Assembly: GCA_964635045.1 (NCBI GenBank)
Contig: CAZWMJ010000001.1
Span: 21,234 to 85,233 of the forward strand
Origin: an uncultured Gammaproteobacteria bacterium
GTDB taxonomy: Bacteria > Patescibacteriota > Microgenomatia > Levybacterales > UBA12049
Direction of reading: 5' to 3'
DNA: 64,000 nucleotides
Numbering within the stretch: position 1 is the stretch's first letter; each line of letters opens with the position of its first letter. Shown here in pieces: positions 21,272 through 28,519 of the stretch. Made by a program: the position numbers and the translations under genes. Below the pieces are notes generated by a model, which was not told where the DNA came from, searched no databases, and worked only from the letters and a program-made list of their open reading frames with translations.

Positions 21272-21580
21272 ATGCCTAAAGGAAGAATTAGAGTACGTTT
21301 AAAAAGTTATGACGCAAGAGTTATCGATTCTTGCTGTCAGCAGATTTTAGATACGGCCATCAGGACCGGTGCAAAGGTAGTGGGGCCAATTCCTCTTCCC
21401 ACCCAAAGAAGTATTTACGTCGTCAATAAGTCCCCCTTTATAGATAAAGATGCCAGAGATCATTTTGAAATAAGAGTTCACAAAAGATTGATTGATATAC
21501 TGCAGCCAACAGATAAAACCATAGATTCTCTGACCCATCTGGAACTCCCCGCAGGAGTAAATATCGAGATTAGGATGTAA
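21272..21580 (+). CDS. rpsJ: 30S ribosomal protein S10
   Basis: 102 aa reading RIRVRLKSYDARVIDSCCQQILDTA...HFEIRVHKRLIDI. Lies 4 nt after tuf. Confidence 0.97.
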   Translation: MPKGRIRVRLKSYDARVIDSCCQQILDTAIRTGAKVVGPIPLPTQRSIYVVNKSPFIDKDARDHFEIRVHKRLIDILQPTDKTIDSLTHLELPAGVNIEIRM

Positions 21581-21694
21581 AAAGTCCTCTAGCTCGCCTC
21601 ATTCTGACCCTTTTGACAAAACTATAGCATTGAGCCTGCCGAAGTGCTATAGTACTTAAGTGGAATCGAAGTATTAAAGTATAGGGAAGAAAAT

Positions 21695-24211
21695 ATGAGT
21701 TTAAATGAAGCTGATACTAGAATAAGATTAGTTGATCCGAAGTTAAAGTCTTCCAATTGGGACGATCAAAACACTTTGCGTGAATATACTATTACAGCCG
21801 GAAAAGTAAATATTTTCGGTGATCAGGTTATGCGTGATGAAAAAGAATTTGCAGATTACCTTTTAATGTACAAAGGGGCCTTTCCTATAGCGATCGTTGA
21901 AGCAAAGGAAGAATCAGCGTCTCACCTAAAAGGGATGCAACAGGCAAAAAATTACGCCCAGAAACTTGAAGTTTTATTTTGTTATTCCACTAACGGTCAT
22001 AAAATTGAGGAATTTGATTTCACCAACAAGACGCAAAAGACAGTTGAAAAATTTCCTACTCCGGAGGAGCTTTATTCCCGTTTGGTTAGCCATAACAAAA
22101 CTTTAACTACAAAACTTGAGAAAAACCCACTAGAATACCCCCTTTATTATTCGCCAACCGGTAAGAACCCACGTTACTACCAACTAAAAGCTATCCAAAA
22201 AGCGCTTGTTGCAATAATTAAGGGTGATAAAAGAGTTTTGGTAACAATGGCCACAGGTTCCGGCAAAACAAAAGTAGCTTTTCAAATTGCTTGGAAACTA
22301 TATCAAGCAGGCTTTTTAAAAAGAGTTCTTTTTATTGCCGATCGCACCCTGCTTCGCGATCAAGCCCACACCCTAGAGTTTGAACCATTCAAGGATGCTC
22401 GCTATAAAATTGGGGAAGGAAAAGCAGATCAGGTTCGTGATATTTATTTTACTACCTATCAGACTCTTTACTCGGAAAGAAACGGCAAAAAGCTATTTGA
22501 GAGCTATCCAAAAGATTTTTTTGATTTGATTATTATTGATGAATGCCACCGTTCCGGCTGGAAAGATTGGTACAGAGTCCTCAAACATTTCGAAAGCGCC
22601 ATTCATTTGGGCATGACAGCCACACCAAAGCGGACTGATAATATAGATACTTACAAATATTTTGGCGAGCCGGTTTTTGAATATGATATTCAACAAGGGA
22701 TTAAAGATGGATTTCTTGCCAATTACTTAATCCAGCGGATCATTACCAATCTTCACAAAGAAGGCGGGGTTGATATTGAAGAACAAAGAATGCAGGGAGC
22801 GGAAGTTTTCTACCCGGAAGAGTTTGATGATGAGATAAAAGCTTTTTACTCAACCGGTGAGTTTGAAAGAAAAGTTACCATCCCGGATTTGACTAAAAAG
22901 ATTGCCGAGCATCTAGCTGGTTTGTTAAAAAAGTGGGGAACTTATGAAAAAACAGTAGTTTTTTGTGTTAATAATGACCATGCTCGGGAAATGACCAAAC
23001 TTTTACAAAACCATTTTTCAGCAGAGGGAAAAAATGATTATGCAGTCACCATAGTGTCGGAAGAGACTGGCGCCCACAGTCTTGCCAACGCTTTTAAGGA
23101 TTCAGAAAAGAAAACCCCGGTGATTGCCACAACGGTTGATCTTCTTTCAACCGGAATAGATATGCCAGCTGTCAGAAACGTAGTTTTAATTAAACCTATC
23201 TCATCTGTTGTTCTCTTTAACCAGATTATCGGCAGGGGCACCAGAATTGATGAGGCAACCGGCAAATATTATTTTAGGATTGTTGACTATGTCAATGCCA
23301 CCCGCCTGTTCTCCCAGCTTACACCGCCAAGTGAGGGTCCGGAAGAGCCTGAGGAAGAAGGACCATATGAATTCTTTTTGGATGGAAAAGTAGTCAAAAC
23401 CGGAACAGATATTCCAATTGTTGGCGCTAAAGTGACGGTTGTTACCAGAAGGCGTGAGCAAATGCAAACTGTTACCAATGAACATGGTATGTTTTCTTTT
23501 GAAAAACTTCCGGAAAGCAAGGTTACTCTGCAAATTTCTGCTAATGGATATGTCAGGCGTGAACTTCGCAAAACTCCAACTGCCCAGCCCCAGCCGGAAA
23601 TTTATGAGTTAAAACCAGAGAAGAAAACTCCAACCAAGATCACTCTTGGCGGAGTTGATGTGTATATTCACTCAACCTCTGACCTTACCTTTGATGTTGG
23701 GGGAAATCACCTGAAGGCTGCCGAATATAAAGAGTACTCCAAAAAAGAGGTGGAAAAATTGGGTTTAACGTTGGATGATCTTAAAAATATCTGGATAGAA
23801 GAGGGGCGGAGAAAAGAATTCTTGGAAAAACTTAAAGAGCATAGTGTTTCACCAGACGCTTTGGCTAAACTTTTAGACCGGGAAGACGCAGATTTTTTTG
23901 ATATTTTAGCCCACGTTGCTTTTGACGCGCCGATTATCAGTAGGGACGAACGGGCTCAAGCAATTGAAGTTAGAAAACAGGAATTTCTTTCGTCTTTGGG
24001 TCAAGAGGCCCAGCCCATACTTCTGGCGCTTTTAGACCAATACCGGGTCGGCGGAATTGAGGATATCTCCAGAAAAGAGGTTTTTAATCTGCCAAAGTTT
24101 CAGGAAGTGGGTATAGAGAATATTATTGCCAGTTTTGGAGGAGCGGAAAAAGCCAGGGAAGCAATAGGAAAACTGCAAGCGTATCTTTATCAGGGAGGAC
24201 AAATTGGATAG
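21695..24211 (+). CDS. hsdR: type I restriction enzyme R subunit (EcoEI-like) with extra beta-sandwich insertion
   Basis: N-terminus LNEADTRIRLVDPKL with nuclease motif ADYLL..VEAKEE. Helicase motifs TMATGSGKTKVA and IIIDECHR. The EcoEI_R_C-like C-terminus contains FFDILAHVAFDAP. Confidence 0.88.
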   Translation: MSLNEADTRIRLVDPKLKSSNWDDQNTLREYTITAGKVNIFGDQVMRDEKEFADYLLMYKGAFPIAIVEAKEESASHLKGMQQAKNYAQKLEVLFCYSTNGHKIEEFDFTNKTQKTVEKFPTPEELYSRLVSHNKTLTTKLEKNPLEYPLYYSPTGKNPRYYQLKAIQKALVAIIKGDKRVLVTMATGSGKTKVAFQIAWKLYQAGFLKRVLFIADRTLLRDQAHTLEFEPFKDARYKIGEGKADQVRDIYFTTYQTLYSERNGKKLFESYPKDFFDLIIIDECHRSGWKDWYRVLKHFESAIHLGMTATPKRTDNIDTYKYFGEPVFEYDIQQGIKDGFLANYLIQRIITNLHKEGGVDIEEQRMQGAEVFYPEEFDDEIKAFYSTGEFERKVTIPDLTKKIAEHLAGLLKKWGTYEKTVVFCVNNDHAREMTKLLQNHFSAEGKNDYAVTIVSEETGAHSLANAFKDSEKKTPVIATTVDLLSTGIDMPAVRNVVLIKPISSVVLFNQIIGRGTRIDEATGKYYFRIVDYVNATRLFSQLTPPSEGPEEPEEEGPYEFFLDGKVVKTGTDIPIVGAKVTVVTRRREQMQTVTNEHGMFSFEKLPESKVTLQISANGYVRRELRKTPTAQPQPEIYELKPEKKTPTKITLGGVDVYIHSTSDLTFDVGGNHLKAAEYKEYSKKEVEKLGLTLDDLKNIWIEEGRRKEFLEKLKEHSVSPDALAKLLDREDADFFDILAHVAFDAPIISRDERAQAIEVRKQEFLSSLGQEAQPILLALLDQYRVGGIEDISRKEVFNLPKFQEVGIENIIASFGGAEKAREAIGKLQAYLYQGGQIG

Positions 24212-25637
24212 ACAGACTTTATCAAATAAAATTTGGTCAGCTTGTGACATCATGCGTCGCGACAAACTCTACCTGCTTCAGTACATTGAGCAAATTTCCT
24301 GGATGCTTTTTCTTAAATTGTTTGAGCAAATTGAAAACAAAAGCCGTCTTGGAGCGCAAATCTTTGGTGAAAGTTATGAACCGGTTATTGGAAAAGAATA
24401 TAACTGGTCTGCCTGGAGTAAGCTTGAGGCGAAAGATCAATTCGAATTTGTTAACCGTGAACTTCTACCATATTTACAAAATCTTCGAGGTACACCCCTC
24501 AAACTGATTGTTTCCTCTCTTTTTGAAGATATCAGGAACTACATGCACTCCCCATTTAATTTTAAAGAAGTCATCAATCTTTTGGATGAGTTAGATTTTG
24601 CCAAATCAACAGATACTCATACCATCTCTTTAGTTTATGAAGAGCTACTTTTAAAAATGGGTCAGGAGAGTGGAGCATCCGGAGAATTCTATACACCGCG
24701 TGCAATTATCCGCCTGATGGTAAAAATTACAGATCCTAAAATTGGCGAGAGGATATTTGATCCTTTTGCCGGCTCCGGAGGTTTTTTAGGAGAAACTTTC
24801 AAATATTTACAGGAAAAAAATTCTAAAATGACAGCTAAAGATTTTTCAACTTTGCAAAACGAAACTTTTTATGGTAATGAAGCAAAATCCCTTCCTTTCC
24901 TTTTAGGAATTATGAACTTACTGCTTCACGGGTTGCAATCCCCTCATCTTATAAAAACCAACACCTTTGCAGAAGATTTAACATCAATTCCGGAAAAAGA
25001 GCGCTACGAAATTATCCTAACTAATCCACCCTTCGGCGGGGTCGAAGGCAAGGAGCTTTTAAAAAGTTTTCCCATAAAAAGTTCTGATACAGAACTTTTG
25101 GCGCTTTATTATGTGATGAGAAAGATAAAGGCTGGGGGAAGAGTGGGGATAGTTTTACCGGAAGGAGTGCTTTTCCGCACAGGGGGAACTTACACAGCTG
25201 TCAAAAAAGAACTCCTGGAAAATTTCAATCTAAATACCATCATCAGCCTTCCGCCCGGAGTCTTTGCCAATGTTTCCTCATCCGGCCAGGGCCCAAAAAC
25301 AAATCTTTTATTCTTTGAAAAAGGCAGATCAACAAAGGAAGTCTGGTATTACGAGTTGATTCCACCAACAGGGTTAAAATATACCAAGAAAAGCCCGATT
25401 TTAGATGAACACACAGTTGATGCTTTTCGCAAGTGGTCAAAACGAGCAAAATCAGACGCCTCCTGGACAGTTTCAGCAGAAGAAATTGTAGCCAAAAATT
25501 ATGACCTCTCCGCCAAAAATCCAAATAGAAAGGGTGATATTGAGCATAAATCACCAGAACAATTGCTCCAAAAGATATTGGAGGGCGAAACAAAAATTAT
25601 CAAACTCACTCGGGAAATTAAATCTTATATAAATTGA
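24204..25637 (+). CDS. hsdM: type I R-M system N6-adenine DNA methyltransferase subunit
   Basis: TTG start behind GGGAGGA, overlapping hsdR by 8 nt. HsdM_N-like N-terminus (LSNKIWSACDIMR), AdoMet motif FDPFAGSGGFL and catalytic NPPFGG. Confidence 0.92.
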   Translation: MDRQTLSNKIWSACDIMRRDKLYLLQYIEQISWMLFLKLFEQIENKSRLGAQIFGESYEPVIGKEYNWSAWSKLEAKDQFEFVNRELLPYLQNLRGTPLKLIVSSLFEDIRNYMHSPFNFKEVINLLDELDFAKSTDTHTISLVYEELLLKMGQESGASGEFYTPRAIIRLMVKITDPKIGERIFDPFAGSGGFLGETFKYLQEKNSKMTAKDFSTLQNETFYGNEAKSLPFLLGIMNLLLHGLQSPHLIKTNTFAEDLTSIPEKERYEIILTNPPFGGVEGKELLKSFPIKSSDTELLALYYVMRKIKAGGRVGIVLPEGVLFRTGGTYTAVKKELLENFNLNTIISLPPGVFANVSSSGQGPKTNLLFFEKGRSTKEVWYYELIPPTGLKYTKKSPILDEHTVDAFRKWSKRAKSDASWTVSAEEIVAKNYDLSAKNPNRKGDIEHKSPEQLLQKILEGETKIIKLTREIKSYIN

Positions 25638-25640
25638 CTC

Positions 25641-25669
25641 TTGACAAATAAAAACCGCTTATATATACT
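25641..25669 (+). promoter_or_regulatory. consensus-like promoter TTGACA-17-TATACT immediately after the hsdM stop
   Basis: TTGACA at 25641-25646, a 17-nt spacer, TATACT at 25664-25669. Begins 4 nt after the hsdM stop and ends 10 nt before the next ATG. Confidence 0.6.
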
Positions 25670-25678
25670 TTGTTTGGT

Positions 25679-26269
25679 ATGAAAAACCCAACAAAATCAC
25701 AAATGATAACTCTAGAAGTTATTGCTTCTTTTGAAAAGCGGTCGGGTAGATTTCCCAGGCTCCGCGAATTAGCTAAAGAATTAGGCCTTAAGTCACATTT
25801 ATCTGCGTACGATCGTGTTAGAGCGCTGGTTAAAAATGGTGCAATTATCTACCGGGATAAAGATAGCGGCAAGCCCAGTCCATTCGAATTGTCAACCGAG
25901 GCTAAAAAATTAGTTGCTTGGGCGTTTTTTCTCCCAAATCATTCACAATCCGCAATTTTTAATAGTAATTCACCGGCTATTGTTAACTATGGTCACAATT
26001 CAACTCTAATAAAAGCAAACGATACTTCAAATAGTGAAAATAACCTAAATCTTAACATAACTCAAGGTTTCCCTTCGGTTACACTTAGCTCTAACAGTAC
26101 GAAAGTGATAGCCTCGGCGGTATCCGTCCTAAGTCTTGTCTCGTTGGCGGCGGGATTAATGATTTATACTCAAAGATCAGTAGTCGAGATTGGTTCAATT
26201 TTATTGCTGGCCGGAGGTTTTAACCTTCAATTAATAAAACCAGTTATGTCTGGTTTAGAAAGAGAATAA
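25679..26269 (+). CDS. membrane-anchored winged-helix (LexA-N-like) DNA-binding protein
   Basis: ATG at 25679. N-terminus QMITLEVIASFEKRSGRFPRLRELAKELGLKSHLSAYDRVRALVKNGAIIYRD resembles the LexA DNA-binding domain. It is followed by an Asn/Ser-rich linker and two hydrophobic helices (VIASAVSVLSLVSLAAGLMIYT and VVEIGSILLLAGGFNLQLI). Confidence 0.55.
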   Translation: MKNPTKSQMITLEVIASFEKRSGRFPRLRELAKELGLKSHLSAYDRVRALVKNGAIIYRDKDSGKPSPFELSTEAKKLVAWAFFLPNHSQSAIFNSNSPAIVNYGHNSTLIKANDTSNSENNLNLNITQGFPSVTLSSNSTKVIASAVSVLSLVSLAAGLMIYTQRSVVEIGSILLLAGGFNLQLIKPVMSGLERE

Positions 26270-26271
26270 CT

Positions 26272-27291
26272 ATGTCACTTGCGATCAATATATCAACTCC
26301 AGATGGTCTTATCCTTGCAGCTGATAGCCGACAGACTTACGTAAACCGTAAGGGACAGGCGCGTGTTGGTAGTGATTCTGCGACAAAGTTATTTAAGCTT
26401 ACTCCAAAAATTGGGTTGGCGGCAGTTGGACCGGCTTTTTTGGCTGAAGATGGGATTCAGAAAAACATTGCTTATTTTATTGAAAGATTTATTAAAGAAA
26501 AGATTTCTGGAACGGACAGTCTTTATATTGAGGATATTGCAAAAAAGATAGAAATATATTTTGATGATTTGTTTGCTTGGAAGAAAGAATTAGATCGCGC
26601 TGAAACGCAGCTTAGAGAGCAAGCAACAAGGATTGGAGGTACGGACATTTCAATTAACAAAGATAATGGGACAGTCATTGTGAAATATAAGCTAGGGAAT
26701 GAAATAAAAACTATGGCTGCAGCAATAAACCCGCTTCAATTCTTTCTTGCAGGATACAATCCAGATGGGAGTCATCAAGTATTTATAATTTCTATCCCCG
26801 GAGGTCTAGATAAAAAAAGAGATAGTAATGAGAGAGGTAAAGAGTTTGGTTCTAGTTGGGTTGGCCAGACGGATGTTGTTACTAGAATTGTGCTAGGTTT
26901 TGATTCAAGGATCGGAGGGCTCCCTTTTGTTGTAAAAGCTATAAATATGGGTGATAAAACTGAACTTGAAAGACAGTTAAGGCAACTAGAATATTCTATA
27001 CAGTGGGGAACAATGACTTTACAGGATGGTGCAGATTTTGCCCGTTTAATGATAGAAACTACTTCAGCTATACAACGCTTTTCTGATGGTATTCTTGCCG
27101 ATCCTGGGGATATACCTGGAGTTGGGGGTTTTGTAGACGTTGTCGTTATAACTCCCAGGAAGGGATTTGTTTGGTTAAGTAAAAAACAATTAAAGGTAAA
27201 CCAGGAAATGACTGATTTAGATGCGTTTGAAGATCTTCCAGAAACTAAAGTTGCTAAAAATAAGAAAGGAGGTGGGATTGATGACTCATAG
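26272..27291 (+). CDS. proteasome beta-subunit/HslV-like Ntn hydrolase homologue (Ser at nucleophile position)
   Basis: MSLAINISTPDGLILAADSRQT..ATKLFKL aligns with mature beta subunits (TTxVGIxxKDxVxxAxExR...KKLF). FGSSWVGQTDVV corresponds to the GSG block, and MTLQDGADFARLMIETTSAIQRFSDG...VDVVVITPRKG corresponds to the C-terminal helix-strand region. Confidence 0.6.
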   Translation: MSLAINISTPDGLILAADSRQTYVNRKGQARVGSDSATKLFKLTPKIGLAAVGPAFLAEDGIQKNIAYFIERFIKEKISGTDSLYIEDIAKKIEIYFDDLFAWKKELDRAETQLREQATRIGGTDISINKDNGTVIVKYKLGNEIKTMAAAINPLQFFLAGYNPDGSHQVFIISIPGGLDKKRDSNERGKEFGSSWVGQTDVVTRIVLGFDSRIGGLPFVVKAINMGDKTELERQLRQLEYSIQWGTMTLQDGADFARLMIETTSAIQRFSDGILADPGDIPGVGGFVDVVVITPRKGFVWLSKKQLKVNQEMTDLDAFEDLPETKVAKNKKGGGIDDS

Positions 27292-27496
27292 AAAAGGACA
27301 AAAACCAGATCATAAAGGAGAACAGTGGACAGATGCTCAAGTTGAACGACTTGAAAATCTTGCTGATAGGAATACCCCAACGGGTTTAATTGCCGATGCA
27401 CTAGGAAGAACTGAAGATTCAGTAAGATCTAAGGCATCAGAAGAAAATGTTTCTCTTAAGCCAATAAACAGATCTCCCTATAGTAGAAGAAAATAA
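27281..27496 (+). CDS. small Myb/SANT-like HTH protein
   Basis: ATG at 27281 behind AAGGAGGTGGG, overlapping the upstream gene by 11 nt. WTDAQVERLENLADRNTPTGLIADALGRTEDSVRSK has the W..E...L....G...IA..LGRT...V..K pattern of Myb/SANT-type HTH domains. Confidence 0.5.
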   Translation: MTHRKGQKPDHKGEQWTDAQVERLENLADRNTPTGLIADALGRTEDSVRSKASEENVSLKPINRSPYSRRK

Positions 27497-27504
27497 ATTT
27501 ACTT

Positions 27505-28128
27505 ATGGAAATTAATTGGCCAATTAAAAAATTAGGAGAAGTATCAGGAATTATTGTTGGAAAAACTCCAGCAACAATTGATTATCTAAATGCTGGAGAA
27601 TATAAGGTTCTGAAATATCGAGATATTACAAAAAACGGAATTAATTGGAGCGTGAGCGATAAAGGCTTTGTTAAACAAGACTCACTGAAAGGGTTAAAAG
27701 AAGTTCAGCTTGGAGATTTGCTTATCACTTCTGCGGGTCACAGTTCAGAAAAAATTGGAGAAGAAGCCGTTGTAATTTGGGAGTTACCATCTCAATTCAA
27801 AGTGGTATTTTTTGCGAGCGAATTAATTTGCTATAGAGCTTACCCTAAAATAATTTTACCCGAGTGGTTGTTGTTATATATTCTTTCAGGGTTTGGACAA
27901 AATCAATTAAAGAAAATAATTGGGGACAGCGTTCATTTAACAAAAGAAAAATCACTAGAAATAGAAATTCCTGTGCCTCCTATTGAAGAGCAGAAAAGGA
28001 TTGTAAAAAAGCTTGAAAAAATCCTGGCAAAAATTGAAGAAGCGAAGAAATTACAAGAGGAACAGTTACAAGAACTTAATAGTTTAAAACAATCAATTCT
28101 CTACCAAGCTTTTGAGGGAAAATTGTGA
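27505..28128 (+). CDS. hsdS: type I R-M specificity subunit, half-size (one target-recognition domain plus one conserved helix)
   Basis: 207 aa with a single TRD, then PPIEEQKRIVKKLEKILAKIEEAKKLQEEQLQELNSLKQSILYQAFEGKL, the typical HsdS conserved region and C-terminal AFxGxL. Starts 8 nt after the preceding gene. Confidence 0.85.
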   Translation: MEINWPIKKLGEVSGIIVGKTPATIDYLNAGEYKVLKYRDITKNGINWSVSDKGFVKQDSLKGLKEVQLGDLLITSAGHSSEKIGEEAVVIWELPSQFKVVFFASELICYRAYPKIILPEWLLLYILSGFGQNQLKKIIGDSVHLTKEKSLEIEIPVPPIEEQKRIVKKLEKILAKIEEAKKLQEEQLQELNSLKQSILYQAFEGKL

Positions 28129-28140
28129 TAAAATATTAAT

Positions 28141-28311
28141 ATGCATTTTTTAAAAGTACTCCCAAAAGAATCTTTTTACAAACTTTATAATTTAAACCAT
28201 CAAGAAGTAATAGATTTGTTTAAGAATGGTTATGAAATAATGGAAGACGAGTGGTATGTAAATTTTAACGAAACGCAATTGTCAAAATATAGGAAACAAA
28301 AAGCTGCTTAG
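28141..28311 (+). CDS. possible 56-codon ORF (below the track threshold)
   Basis: ATG at 28141 to TAG at 28309-28311 (MHFLKVLPKESFYKLYNLNHQEVIDLFKNGYEIMEDEWYVNFNETQLSKYRKQKAA). No SD or motif, so it may be non-coding filler. Confidence 0.2.
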   Translation: MHFLKVLPKESFYKLYNLNHQEVIDLFKNGYEIMEDEWYVNFNETQLSKYRKQKAA

Positions 28312-28318
28312 TCTCTAA

Positions 28319-28429
28319 AATTTGAGTGAAAAGGTGCAGGCTTTGCATAAGTTTCAGGAGGAGCAGTTGCAAGAATTGGAACTTTTAAAACAATCTGTTT
28401 TACATCAAGCCTTTGAAGGAAAATTGTAA
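28319..28429 (+). pseudogene. remnant of a second hsdS 3' end (conserved C-terminal helix only)
   Basis: The frame reads NLSEKVQALHKFQEEQLQELELLKQSVLHQAFEGKL-stop, paralogous to the hsdS C-terminus (KLQEEQLQELNSLKQSILYQAFEGKL-stop). No start codon and no TRD. Confidence 0.6.
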
Positions 28430-28451
28430 GTCTTAACTTTCGGGCCATAGT

Positions 28452-28494
28452 CCTGAGCGAAGCCGAAGGGCAATGGTCCTGAGCTTGTCGAAGG
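28452..28494 (+). repeat. two tandem copies of the dispersed CCTGAGC-n-CGAAGG motif
   Basis: CCTGAGCGAAGCCGAAGGG at 28452-28470 and CCTGAGCTTGTCGAAGGA at 28478-28494. Related copies occur at 21630-21644 and 52048-52144. Confidence 0.6.
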
Positions 28495-28519
28495 ATAAAT
28501 TATGGATTAGGATAAATTT

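Noticed and set aside
26775-27401. 208-aa reverse-strand ORF overlapping the Ntn-hydrolase-like gene
   Set aside because: It is antisense to a gene with convincing family-specific motifs and tight operon packing. It has no SD, no motif and an odd composition.
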